This document shows, piece by piece, positions 12,928 to 26,650 of a stretch of 64,000 nt of DNA. The notes under the pieces were generated by a model. That model saw only the letters and a program-made list of their open reading frames with translations, had not been told where the DNA came from and did no database searches. Made by a program: the position numbers and the translations under genes. How positions within the stretch are numbered: the first letter of the stretch is position 1; each line of letters begins with the position of its first letter. Source of the stretch: Eledone cirrhosa (lineage: Eukaryota); assembly GCA_964016885.1 (NCBI GenBank), contig OZ024766.1:7688001-7752000 (forward strand), read 5' to 3'.

Positions 12928-14232
12928 CCACCACCACCACAACACCACCACCACCATCACCACCACCATCACCACCACCACCATCACCACCACCACCACC
13001 ACCACCACTATCACCACCACCACCACCACCACCACCACAACACCACCACAACACCACCACCATCACCACCACAACACCACCACCACCACAACACCACCAC
13101 CACCACCACCATCACCACCACCACAACACCACCACTACCACCACAACACCACCACCACCACAACACCACCACCACCACAACCATCACTACCACCACCACC
13201 ACAACACCACCACCACCATCACCACCACAACACCACCACAACACCACCACCACCACCACCACCACAACACCACCACCACCACCACCACCACAACCATCAC
13301 AACACCACCACCACCATCACCACCACTACCACCACCACAACACCACCACCACCACCACCACCACAACACCACCACCACCACAACACCACAACACCACCAC
13401 CACCACCACAACACCACCACCACAACACCACAACACCACCACCACCACCACCACCACCACGACACCACCACCACCACCATCACCACCACAACACCACCAC
13501 CACCACCACCACCACCACCACCACAACCACCACCACCACCACAACACCACCACCACCACGACACCACAACACCACCACCACCACGACACCACCACCACAA
13601 CACCACCACCACCACGACAACACCACCACCACCACCACCACCACCACCACCACAACACCACCACAACAACACCACCACAACAACACCACCACAACACCAC
13701 CACCACCACCACCACCACAACCACCACCACCACCACCACCACCACCACCACAACACCACCACCACCACAACCATCACCACCACCACCACAACACCACCAC
13801 CACAACACCACCACCACCACAACACCACCACCACCACAACACCACCACCACCACAACCATCACCACCACCACCACCACCACCACAACACCACCACCACCA
13901 CAACCACCACCACCACCACCACCACCACCACCACCACAACACCACCACCACCACAACACCACCACCACCACCACCACCACAACCACCACCACCACCACCA
14001 CCACCACCACCACAACACCACCATCACCACCACCACCACCACCACCACAACACCACCACCACCACAACCACCACCACCACCACCACCACCACCACCACCA
14101 CAACACCACCACCACCACAACACCACCACAACCACCACCACAACACCACCACAACCACCACCATCACTACCACCACCACCACCAACACCACCACCACAAC
14201 ACCACCACCACCACAACACCACCACCACCACG
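12928..14232. repeat. (CAC/CAA)n low-complexity array
   Basis: Direct reading. Confidence 0.95.
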
Positions 14233-14236
14233 ACAG

Positions 14237-14499
14237 CCAGCAAAACCATCCTGAATCGTCTGAAGAAGAGCAAATACTTTCACATGTTCCTGTTGTCGTA
14301 TTTGAGACGCTGGGATGATCTGAAATATTTCCTTGATCAACAACCCGAGGGGCCTTTCAAGGCCCTCGGGGAGGGAATACTGGGCCTGCGCCGCAGTCTA
14401 CAGTCAGCAAACTCGGCCATCCACAACACCATGGCTTACTTTGCAAAACAGCCCCTCACCAAAGAGATCGTGTCTCTAGCTAACGAGATCTACCAACAG
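14237..14499 (+). CDS. LLTP gene exon 7
   Basis: cgacag|CC is the only phase-compatible AG; SKTILNRLKK...ANEIYQQ; CAG|gtaaat; phase 1/0. Confidence 0.8.
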
Positions 14500-14585
14500 G
14501 TAAATATAGCACCATCATCACTGTCGTTGTTGTTGTTGTTGTTTTATGACTGTTTTTCACTGCTATTAAACGTTGGATGAATGAA

Positions 14586-16414
14586 TGTATTGTATTTTCA
14601 CAGTAAAGGCTTTACCTCACATAATATCTCACATAACATTTACATTACTCTATATATACTATTGTATTTTCACAGTAAAGGCTTTACCTCACATAATATC
14701 CCACATAACATTTACATTACACTATATATACTATTGTATTGTCACAGTAAAGGCTTTACCTCACATAATATCTCACATAACATTTACATTACTCTATATA
14801 TACTATTATATTTTCACAGTACAGGCTTTACCTCACATAATATCTCACATAACATTTACATTACTCTATATATACTATTGTATTGTCACAGTAAAGGCTT
14901 TACCTCACATAATATCTCACATAACATTTACATTACTCTATATATACTATTGTATTTTCACAGTAAAGGCTTTACCTCACATAATATCCCACATAACATT
15001 TACATTACTCTATATATACTATTGTATTTTCACAGTAAAGGCTTTACCTCACATAATATCTCACATAACATTTACATTACTCTATATATACTATTGTATT
15101 GTCACAGTAAAGGCTTTACCTCACATAATATCTCACATAACATTTACATTACTCTATATATACTATTGTATTGTCACAGTAAAGGCTTTACCTCACATAA
15201 TATCTCACATAACATTTACATTACTCTATATATACTATTGTATTGTCACAGTAAAGGCTTTACCTCACATAATATCTCACATAACATTTACATTACTCTA
15301 TATATACTATTGTATTTTCACAGTAAAGGCTTTACCTCACATAATATCTCACATAACATTTACATTACTCTATATATACTATTGTATTGTCACAGTAAAG
15401 GCTTTACCTCACGTAATATCTCACATAACATTTACATTACTCTATATATACTATTGTATTGTCACAGTAAAGGCTTTACCTCACATAATATCTCACATAA
15501 CATTTACATTACTCTATATATACTATTGTATTGTCACAGTAAAGGCTTTACCTCACATAACATCTACATTACTCTATATATACTATTGTATTGTCACAGT
15601 AAAGGCTTTACCTCACGTAATATCTCACATAACATTTACATTACTCTATATATACTATTGTATTTTCACAGTAAAGGCTTTACCTCACATAATATCTCAC
15701 ATAACATCTACATTACTCTATATATACTATTGTATTTTCATAGTAAAGGCTTTACCTCACATAATATCTCACATAACATCTACATTACTCTATATATACT
15801 ATTGTATTTTCACAGTAAAGGCTTTACCTCACATAATATCTCACATAACATCTACATTACTCTATATATACTATTGTATTTTCATAGTAAAGGCTTTACC
15901 TCACATAATATCTCACATAACATCTACATTACTCTATATATACTATTGTATTTTCACAGTAAAGGCTTTACCTCACATAATATCTCACATAACATCTACA
16001 TTACTCTATATATACTATTGTATTTTCACAGTAAAGGCTTTACCTCACATAATATCTCACATAACATTTACATTACTCTATATATACTATTGTATTTTCA
16101 CAGTAAAGGCTTTACCTCACATAATATCTCACATAACATCTACATTACTCTATATATACTATTGTATTTTCATAGTAAAGGCTTTACCTCACATAATATC
16201 TCACATAACATCTACATTACTCTATATATACTATTGTATTTTCACAGTAAAGGCTTTACCTCACATAATATCTCACATAACATCTACATTACTCTATATA
16301 TACTATTGTATTTTCACAGTAAAGGCTTTACCTCACATAATATCTCACATAACATTTACATTACTCTATATATACTATTGTATTTTCACAGTAAAGGCTT
16401 TACCTCACATAATT
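14586..16414 (-). repeat. 72-bp minisatellite, array 2 (inverted relative to array 1)
   Basis: Reverse complement of the array 1 unit. Confidence 0.95.
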
Positions 16415-16567
16415 ATCTCATAATTTCGAATTTTTGAAATTTTGATATTATTTATTTTGAGAACAATACCTTAACATCAGAATGAGTGGCAAGTTATGGC
16501 CGGTTTCACATGAATGTCTTTCTCAGAGAGTTCCCTATAGATATTGTTGTGTGTTTGTTTGTTTCAG

Positions 16568-16922
16568 GCAATGTGGGCATGGAAGTACTGGGGTCTGACA
16601 GAGTCCCTGGAGAGAATGGACATGCGTCTCAAATCATATGTGACGGCCCGCTCAGCAGAACTGAAGAAGCAGATCTTTGACATGGACCAGATGACCGTAC
16701 ACATCTTCGACCCCCACCGAGGACGTATCAAGTTCGACATCTCCCTCACGCTGCCTAAGCTTCTCGTCAACGCCACCAGGCATGCAAGATACGCATGGGA
16801 CCTCATCAGCCAGTTCGTGACCGTCACAGACGAACTGATCTTCCAGAACCTAGCTTCTTTAGTGAACCTCTATAGCTCGGCCCGCTCTTCAGATTTTACA
16901 GGATTCATTCCTCCGTTCAAAG
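16568..16922 (+). CDS. LLTP gene exon 8
   Basis: tttcag|GCA; AMWAWKYWGL...FIPPFK (IPPF motif preceding VWD); G|gtaact; phase 0/1. Confidence 0.88.
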
Positions 16923-17089
16923 GTAACTTCATCTGTTTTCATATTCTATTTTACTTATGTTACCTACTACAGTCAGTAGGCATCTCTAACAAAATACACC
17001 CCCCCGTCCCACCACCCCCACCCCATCCACACCGCCCCTTTCAATGTAAAGTTATGTTGGTGCCACAACATCCAGGCCGAAACAAATGA

Positions 17090-19885
17090 GGTCGTGTAGG
17101 TGTCACGACAAAAAGCACCCAGTCCACTCTGTAAAGTGGTCATGTAGGTGTCACAACAAAAAGCACCCAGTCCACTCTGTAAAGTGGTCGTGTAGGTGTC
17201 ACGACAAAAAGCACCCAGTCCACACTGTAAAGTGGTCGTGTAGGTGTCATGACAAAAAGCACCCAGTCCACTCTGTAAAGTGGTCGTGTAGGTGTCATGA
17301 CAAAAAGCACCCAGTCCACTCTGTAAAGTGGTCGTGTAGGTGTCATGACAAAAAGCACCCAGTCCACACTGTAAAGAGGTCATGTAGGTGTCATGACAAA
17401 AAGCACCCAGTCCACTCTGTAAAGTGGTCATGTAGGTGTCAAAATAAAAAGCACCCAGTCCACTCTGTAAAGTGGTCATGTAGGTGTCAAAATAAAAAGC
17501 ACCCAGTCCACTCTGTAAAGTGGTCATGTAGGTGTCAAAATAAAAAGCACCCAGTCCACTCTGTAAAGTGGTCATGTAGGTGTCAAAATAAAAAGCACCC
17601 AGTCCACTCTGTAAAGTGGTCATGTAGGTGTCAAAATAAAAAGCACCCAGTCCACTCTGTAAAGTGGTCATGTAGGTGTCAAAATAAAAAGCACCCAGTC
17701 CACTCTGTAAAGTGGTCATGTAGGTGTCACAACAAAAAGTACCCAGTCCACTCTGTAAAGTGGTCATGTAGGTGCCACAACAAAAAGTACCCAGTCCACT
17801 CTGTAAAGTGGTCATGTAGGTGTCACAACAAAAAGTACCCAGTCCACTCTGTAAAGTGGTCATGTAGGTGTCACAACAAAAAGTACCCAGTCCACTCTGT
17901 AAAGTGGTCGTGTAGGTGTCACAACAAAAAGCACCCAGTCCACACTGTAAAGTGGTCATGTAGGTGTCACAACAAAAAGCCCCCAGTCCACACTGTAAAG
18001 TGGTCATGTAGGTGTAATGACAAAAAGCACCCAGTCCACACTGTAAAGTGATCATGTAGGTGTCACAACAAAAAGCACCCAGTCCACTCTGTAAAGTGGT
18101 CATGTAGGTGTAATGACAAAAAGCACCCAGTCCACACTGTAAAGTGGTCATGTAGGTGTCATGACAAAAAGTACCCAGTCCACACTGTAAAGTGGTCATG
18201 TAGGTGTCAAAATAAAAAGCACCCAGTCCACTCTGTAAAGTGGTCATGTAGGTGTCAAAATAAAAAGCACCCAGTCCACTCTGTAAAGTGGTCATGTAGG
18301 TGTCACAACAAAAAGTACCCAGTCCACTCTGTAAAGTGGTCATGTAGGTGCCACAACAAAAAGTACCCAGTCCACTCTGTAAAGTGGTCATGTAGGTGTC
18401 ACAACAAAAAGTACCCAGTCCACTCTGTAAAGTGGTCATGTAGGTGTCACAACAAAAAGTACCCAGTCCACTCTGTAAAGTGGTCGTGTAGGTGTCACAA
18501 CAAAAAGCACCCAGTCCACACTGTAAAGTGGTCATGTAGGTGTCACAACAAAAAGCACCCAGTCCACACTGTAAAGTGGTCATGTAGGTGTCACAACAAA
18601 AAGCCCCCAGTCCACACTGTAAAGTGGTCATGTAGGTGTCATGACAAAAAGCACCCAGTCCACACTGTAAAGTGATCATGTAGGTGTCACAACAAAAAGC
18701 ACCCAGTCCACACTGTAAAGTGGTCATGTAGGTGTAATGACAAAAAGCACCCAGTCCACACTGTAAAGTGATCATGTAGGTGTCACAACAAAAAGCACCC
18801 AGTCCACTCTGTAAAGTGGTCATGTAGGTGTAATGACAAAAAGCACCCAGTCCACACTGTAAAGTGGTCATGTAGGTGTCATGACAAAAAGCACCCAGTC
18901 CACACTGTAAAGTGGTCATGTAGGTGTCATGACAAAAAGCACCCAGTCCACACTGTAAAGTGGTTGTGTAGGTGTCACGACAAAAAGCCCCCAGTCCACA
19001 CTGTAAAGTGGTCATGTAGGTGTCACAACAAAAAGTACCCAGTCCACTCTGTAAAGTGGTCGTGTAGGTGTCACAACAAAAAGTACCCAGTCCACTCTGT
19101 AAAGTGGTCATGTAGGTGTCACAACAAAAAGCACCCAGTCCACACTGTAAAGTGGTCATGTAGGTGTCATGACAAAAAGCACCCAGTCCACACTGTAAAG
19201 TGGTTGTGTAGGTGTCACGACAAAAAGCCCCCAGTCCACACTGTAAAGTGGTCATGTAGGTGTCACAACAAAAAGTACCCAGTCCACTCTGTAAAGTGGT
19301 CGTGTAGGTGTCACAACAAAAAGCACCCAGTCCACACTGTAAAGTGGTCATGTAGGTGTCATGACAAAAAGCACCCAGTCCACACTGTAAAGTGGTCATG
19401 TAGGTGTCATGACAAAAAGCCCCCAGTCCACACTGTAAAGTGGTCATGTAGGTGTCACAACAAAAAGTACCCAGTCCACTCTGTAAAGTGGTCGTGTAGG
19501 TGTCACAACAAAAAGTACCCAGTCCACTCTGTAAAGTGGTCATGTAGGTGTCACAACAAAAAGCACCCAGTCCACACTGTAAAGTGGTCATGTAGGTGTC
19601 ATGACAAAAAGCACCCAGTCCACACTGTAAAGTGGTCATGTAGGTGTCATGACAAAAAGCCCCCAGTCCACACTGTAAAGTGGTCATGTAGGTGTCACAA
19701 CAAAAAGTACCCAGTCCACTCTGTAAAGTGGTCGTGTAGGTGTCACAACAAAAAGCACCCAGTCCACTCTGTAAAGTGGTCATGTAGGTGTAATGACAAA
19801 AAGCACCCAGTCCACACTGTAAAGTGGTCATGTAGGTGTCACAACAAAAAGCACCCAGTCCACTCTGTAAAGTGGTCGTGTAGGT
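17090..19885. repeat. 40-bp minisatellite, ~70 copies
   Basis: gtcacaacaaaaagcacccagtccactctgtaaagtggtcatgtaggt-type unit. Confidence 0.95.
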
Positions 19886-20140
19886 GGTTGTGGTAGGGGT
19901 GTAGAAACCAAGCCAGAAACAGTTCTGTATGATGGCGATGATGATGATAAAGATGATTATGATGATGGCGATGATGGCGATGATAATGATGTTGGTGGTG
20001 GTGAAGATGATGATGATGATGATGATGATGGTGATTATGATAGTAATGATGATGACGATGATGATGATGACAGGCTCTGATGATGGTAGTGAGCTGTGCT
20101 AAATTCTCCATATTTTGACCTTTGTCCATTTTAATTTTTA

Positions 20141-21278
20141 ATTTTTTTCTATTTTTTTTTATTTTTTTCTATTCTTTTCTATTTTTTTCTATTTTTTTCT
20201 ATTTTTTTCTATTTTTTTCTATTTTTTTCTATTTTTTTCTATTTTTTTCTATTTTTTTCTATTTTTTTCTATTTTTTTCTATTTTTTTCTATTTTTTTCT
20301 ATTTTTCTCTATTTTTTTCTATTTTTTTCTATTTTTTTCTATTTTTTTCTATTTTTTTCTATTATTTTCTATTTTTTTCTATTTTTCTCTATTTTTCTCT
20401 ATTTTTTTCTATTTTTTTCTATTTTTCTCTATTTTTTTCTATTTTTTTCTATTTTTTTCTATTTTTTTCTATTTTTTTCTATTTTTTTCTATTTTTTTCT
20501 ATTTTTTTCTATTTTTTTCTATTTTTTTCTATTTTTTTCTATTTTTCTCTATTTTTTTCTATTTTTTTCTATTTTTTTCTATTTTTTTCTATTATTTTCT
20601 ATTTTTTTCTATTTTTTTCTATTTTTCTCTATTTTTCTCTATTTTTTTCTATTTTTTTCTATTTTTCTCTATTTTTTTCTATTTTTTTCTATTTTTTTCT
20701 ATTTTTCTCTATTTTTTTCTATTTTTTTCTATTTTTTTCTATTTTTCTCTATTTTTTTCTATTTTTCTCTATTTTTTTCTATTTTTTCTATTTTTTTCTA
20801 TTTTTCTCTATTTTTTTCTATTTTTCTCTATTTTTTTCTATTTTTTTCTATTTTTCTCTATTTTTTTCTATTTTTTTCTATTTTTTTCTATTTTTTTCTA
20901 TTTTTCTCTATTTTTTTCTATTTTTCTCTATTTTTTTCTATTTTTTTCTATTTTTTTCTATTTTTCTCTATTTTTTTCTATTTTTCTCTATTTTTTTCTA
21001 TTTTTCTCTATTTTTTTCTATTTTTTTCTATTTTTTTCTATTTTTCTCTATTTTTTTCTATTTTTCTCTATTTTTTTCTATTTTTTTCTATTTTTTTCTA
21101 TTTTTCTCTATTTTTTTCTATTTTTTTCTATTTTTTTCTATTTTTTTCTATTTTTTTCTATTTTTCTCTATTTTTTTCTATTTTTTTCTATTTTTCTCTA
21201 TTTTTTTCTATTTTTCTCTATTTTTTTCTATTTTTTTCTATTTTTTTCTATTTTTTTCTATTTTTTTCTATTTTTTTC
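20141..21278. repeat. (TTTTTTTCTA)n 10-bp array
   Basis: Direct reading. Confidence 0.95.
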
Positions 21279-21283
21279 CCCAG

Positions 21284-21486
21284 CTACGGCCAGTCTCTTT
21301 GGTGATCAACACTACATCACATTTGATGGTCAATACAACGACTTCAAAGGTGAATGTAGCTACATACTGACCAGGGACTTTGTTGACCACAACTTCACGG
21401 TCGTTGCCAACTACAACAGTTCCAAGATGGCTTCCATCTTTTTCTACAATGGCGCCGACAAGATTGAAATACTCCACAACTACATG
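21284..21486 (+). CDS. LLTP gene exon 9, start of VWD domain
   Basis: cccag|CT; ATASLFGDQHYITFDGQYNDFKGECSYILTRDF is a VWD signature; ATG|gtgaga; phase 1/0. Confidence 0.93.
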
Positions 21487-21913
21487 GTGAGAATTACAAT
21501 ATTTCCAGTATATATATCATCATCATTCATTTCATTTTACGTCCGCTTTTTCCTGCTTGCAAGGGTGGGACGGGAACTGATGCTGGCTTGATTTCTACAG
21601 CTGGATGCCCTTCCTAACACCAACCTCATTTACAGTGAGTGCTGGGTGCTTTTTTGCCGTGGCACCTCCACGACCACTTTGCAGTGGAATGATATAGACC
21701 CCAGTCCCTATCATCTCATTTCTACAGCTGAGTAAACTGGAGCAATGTGAAATAAAGTGTCTTGCTCAAGGAAACAACACATCACCCGGTCTGAGAATTG
21801 AACTCACAACCTTTCGATTGGATTGCAAGGCCAATGCTCTAACCACTAAGCCATGTGCCTCCATATATATATATATATATATATATATGATGATGATGAT
21901 ATATATACATATA

Positions 21914-22170
21914 TACGAGGGTAATCCCAAAAGTAAGGTCTCCAAAGCGATGGGGACGCAGAGAAACTGTTCGTACGGCTGTTGGCAACACTGTTGTGAT
22001 TGGTGCTTCCTTCACTCCCAAACAAGCATGCATGCGCTTCGCTGGGATGCTCAATCTTGGCTTGGCAGCCGTTGAGAATGGAGCTCCCGTTGAACGCTAC
22101 CGCAGCCAAGTGCGAATTTCGCGCAGTTATTATATAGAGGGCAATCCCAAAAGTAAGGTCCCCCTCCGAG
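21914..22170 (+). mobile_element. Mariner-like terminal fragments
   Basis: TA-CGAGGGTAATCCCAAAAGTAAGGTC, repeated at ~22135. Confidence 0.55.
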
Positions 22171-22298
22171 GAAAACGTGTATAAAGATCAGCGGATCACT
22201 CTGGATGCTCTCTGCATTTTGGTTCCTCAGGTTTCCCGAAGCACCATCTACAGGATTTTAACGGAAAAGTTTGGCTTCGTTTATTATAAATTATAGAT

Positions 22299-22357
22299 GA
22301 ACTGCTATATATATTTCGGTGAAAGCCATCATTGGCTGTGACGTCTTCAGGCAGTCC
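22299..22357 (-). ncRNA. Type-I hammerhead ribozyme
   Basis: Minus strand: ggactgc CTGAAGA cgtcacagcca atga tggctttcacc GAAA tatata TA gcagttc; 7-bp stem I, mismatched stem II base. Confidence 0.7.
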
Positions 22358-22489
22358 GAATTGGTGTGGGAAAGACAGGTACACATGTTGTTTAAGTGTG
22401 TTTTACTCCGTCAATACTCCGATATGTCCAGCTCCTGGTTGCGTTGTTATTTCTCTGAGGAACTGGAATCATTATATAGAGATTTACGG

Positions 22490-23113
22490 GGTGGATAAAA
22501 TAAAGAACCAGTAATACACTGGGGTAATTGCTGGCCTTGTGCCCCCAAAAGCAGAAACAATTATTACAGGGTTGATAAAATAAAGTACCAGTAATACACT
22601 GGGGTAATTGCTGGCCTTGTGCCAAAAGTAGAAACAATTATTACAGGGTTGATAAAATAAAGTACCAGTAATACACTAGGGTAATTGCTGGCCTTGTGCC
22701 AAAAGTAGAAACAATTATTACAGGGTTGATAAAATAAAGTACCAGTAATACACTGGGGTAATTGCTGGCCTTGTGCCCCCAAAAGTAGAAACAATTATTA
22801 CAGGGTTGATAAAATAAAGTACCAGTAATACACTGGGGTAATTGATGGCCTTGTGCCCCCAAAAGTAGAAACAATTATTACAGGGTTGATAAAATAAAGT
22901 ACCAGTAATACACTGGGGTAATTGCTGGCCTTGTGCCCCCAAAACTAGAAACAATTATTACAGGGTTGATAAAATAAAGAACCAGTAATACACTGGGGTA
23001 ATTGCTGGCCTTGTGCCCCCAAAAGTAGAAACAATTATTACAGGGTTGATAAAATAAAGTACCAGTAATACACTGGGGTAATTGCTGGCCTTGTGCCAAA
23101 AGTAGAAACAATT
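22490..23113. repeat. 77-80-bp tandem array of SINE-B 3' tail (also 31255-31620, 44725-45380, 56933-57475)
   Basis: gataaaataaagtaccagtaatacactggggtaattgctggccttgtgccaaaagtagaaacaattattacagggtt. Confidence 0.9.
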
Positions 23114-23206
23114 ATATATAGGTACATATATATATATGTAGATAGATAGATAGATACGTATTTATATATATACATAAATATTTTAAAATGTCTTTTTAAT
23201 TAACAG

Positions 23207-23641
23207 GTTCGTTATAACGATAGAGAGGTCAACCTTCCACTTAAGCTTTCCGATGCCACGATTGTCCGTTTGGGGTCCGTAATTAAAGTGACCAGTGATA
23301 AAGGACTTGAACTTGTTTACAACCCATTGCACAAGTATCTCACAGCAGAAATTAGCGGCTGGTATTTCGGTAAAGTTGCTGGATTGTTTGGTATCTACAA
23401 CAACGAGTATTACGATGAATTAATGACCACGGACATGCTAAGAAGGCGTGATAGTGGACGTAGGTTTGCTATTGATGGAAATGTTAAAGCCAACGTGGGG
23501 ATGTTGTCGTACAATTGGGCCATGCCCAACTGCAGATTAGACAAAAATTTGGCAGAAATGGACACTCCGACCGAAATTAGCGGCCTCTGTACAGACTTGT
23601 TCAACACGACTTCCTCACCTTTTGCCGATTGCTTTGAGCAG
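23207..23641 (+). CDS. LLTP gene exon 10, VWD C-terminal half
   Basis: taacag|GTT; ISGWYFGKVAGLFGIYNNE motif; CTDLFNTTSSPFADCF; CAG|gtaagt; phase 0/0. Confidence 0.93.
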
Positions 23642-23659
23642 GTAAGTTGAAGCGGTGCT

Positions 23660-24470
23660 GTTGTTGTTGTTGTTGTTGGTGTTGTTGTTTGTGTTGGTGG
23701 TGTTGTTGTTGTTGTTGGTGTTGTTGTTTGTGTTGGTGGTGTTGTTGTTGGTGTTGGTGTTGTTGTTTGTGTTGGTGGTGTTGTTGTTGTTGTTGGTGGG
23801 GTTGTTGTTGGTGTTGTTGGTGGGGTTGTTGTTTGTGTTGGTGGTGTTGTTGTTGTTGGTGGGGTTGTTGTTGTTTGTGTTGGTGTTGTTGTTGGTGTTG
23901 TTGTTTGTGTTGGTGGTGTTGTTGTTGTTGTTGGTGGGGTTGTTGTTGGTGTTGTTGGTGGGGTTGTTGTTTGTGTTGGTGGTGTTGTTGTTGTTGGTGG
24001 GGTTGTTGTTGTTTGTGTTGGTGTTGTTGTTGGTGTTGTTGTTTGTGTTGGTGGTGGTGTTGTTGTTTGTGTTGGTGGGGTTGGTGTTGGTGTTGTTGTT
24101 GGTGGGGTTGTTGTTTGTGTTGGTGTTGTTGGTGGGGTTGTTGTTTGTTGGTGGTGGTGTTGTTTGTGTTGGTGGTGTTGTTGTTGGTGTTGTTGTTGGT
24201 GGTGTTTGTGTTGGTGGGGTTGTTGTTGTTGTTGGTGTTTGTTGTTGTTTGTGTTGGTGGTGGTTGTGGTGCTGTTGTTGGTGGGGTTGTTGTTTGTGTT
24301 GTTGTTGTTGATGGTGTTGTTGTTGATGGTGTTGTTGTTGTTGATGTTAGTGTTGGTGTTATTGTTGGTGGTGTTGTTGTTGATGTTGGTGTTATTGTAG
24401 TCGTCGTTGTTTTTGTTGTTGGTGTTGTTGTTGTTGATGTTGTTGTTGGTGGTGTTGGTGTTGTTGTTAT
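23660..24470. repeat. (GTT/GGT)n array
   Basis: Direct reading. Confidence 0.95.
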
Positions 24471-24502
<32 letters not shown>

Positions 24503-24878
24503 GTATATATATGATGAAATATATGGAGAATAGAAATGGCTGTGTAGTTGCTATTTAAGGTAACTTAAAATGCCCTTCCTAACACCAACCTCATTTACAG
24601 TGAGTGCTGGGTGCTTTTTTGCCGTGGCACCTCCACGACCACTTTACAGTGGAATGATAGGGACCCCAGTCCCTATCATCTCATTTCTACAGCTGAGTAA
24701 ACTGGAGCAAAGTGAAATAAAGTGTCTTGCTCAAGGAAACAACACATCACCCGGTCTGAGAATTGAACTCACAACCTTTCAATTGCAAGGCCAATGCTCT
24801 AACCACTAAGCCATGTGCTTTCACCCCTTCGGGGATTGCCTACTTTTTGACTCACATTTTTCCTTTTTCTGTCAACAG

Positions 24879-25011
24879 GTGGCGCCGCATCAATACTATC
24901 ACATGTGCAGAACAAGGGAGAGCAATGATGAACATATTTGTTCCACGGTTCACTTTTATATCAGCCAGTGCGCCAGAAAGGGCACGTCACTCAAAGTACC
25001 TGATTTTTGTA
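24879..25011 (+). CDS. LLTP gene exon 11, C8-like Cys-rich segment
   Basis: caacag|GTG; VAPHQYYHMC...YISQCARKG...PDFC; A|gtaagt; phase 0/1. Confidence 0.88.
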
Positions 25012-25029
25012 GTAAGTTCTCTCATACAC

Positions 25030-26205
25030 TCCACTGCACCACTACACCACTACACCACCACACAACTGCACCACAACACCACTACACCACAACACCACTA
25101 CACAACTACACCACTACACCACTACACAACTACACAACTACACCACAACACCACTGCACCACAACACTACTGCACCACTACACAACTACACCACAACACA
25201 ACTACACCACTACACCACAACACCACTACACAACTACACAACTACACCACAACACCACTACACAACTGCACCACAACACCACTACACCACAACACAACTA
25301 CACCACTACACCACTACACAACTACACCACAACACCACTGCACCACAACACCACTGCACCACTACACAACTACACCACAACACCACTACAAAACTACACA
25401 ACTACACCACAACACCACTACACAACTGCACAACACCACTACACCACAACACAACTACACCACTACACCACTGCACCACAACACAACTACACCACTACAC
25501 AACTACACCACTACACCACAACACCACTGCACCACAACACCACTACACAACTACACCACTACACCACAACACCACTACACCACAACACAACTACACCACA
25601 ACACAACTACACCACTACACCACAACACCACTACACAACTACACCACTACACCACAACACCACTGCACCACAACACCACTACACCACTACACAACTACAC
25701 CACTACACCACTGCACCACAACACCACTACACCACAACACCACTACACCACTACACCACTGCACCACAACACCACTGCACAACTACACCACTACACCACA
25801 ACACCACTACACCACAACACCACAACACCACAACACCACTACACAACTACACCACTACACCACTACACAACTACACCACAACACCACTGCACCACAACAC
25901 CACTGCACCACTACACAACTACACCACAACACCACAACACCACTACACAACTACACCACTACACAACTACACCACAACACCACTGCACCACAACACCACT
26001 GCACAACTACACAACTGCACCACAACACCACTACACCACAACACCACTACACAACTACACAACTACACCACAACACCACTACACAACTACACCACTACAC
26101 AACTACACAACTACACCACAACACAACTGCACCACAACACCACTACACCACAACACCACTGCACCACTACACAACTACCAACACCAGCTTCACCACAAAC
26201 ACCAC
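25030..26205. repeat. C/A-rich 8-bp-based array (acaccact/acacaact)
   Basis: Direct reading. Confidence 0.9.
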
Positions 26206-26373
26206 CATATATATATATATATATGGTAGTGTATATATATATATATATATCATCATATATATATATATATATCTATGTATGTATATAAATATGTATGTAT
26301 ATATATATATATATATACACCACCATATATATATATATGGTGGTGTATATATATATATCATCATATATATATA

Positions 26374-26406
<33 letters not shown>

Positions 26407-26650
26407 CATCATATATATATATATGTATGTATATATATATATATCTATGTATATATATATATATATGTATGTATATATATGTATATATACAAGTATATAT
26501 GTACATACACACACCTATATATGAATATAAACACTACCACTGTCACCACACCACCACCACTCCCCACAACCACCAACACCCCACCACCACCACCACTACA
26601 CCCCACACTTCCACCACCACCATTAACAGGTCTCTAATCCTCCATTGCAG

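Noticed and set aside
14581-21280. 600-950 aa ORFs (FHSKGFTSHN, TTLQCGLGAF, poly-F)
   Set aside because: Translations of minisatellites with no splice or protein evidence
26630-26650. Alternative upstream acceptor for exon 12
   Set aside because: Introduces an in-frame TAA; this stretch looks like the branch point
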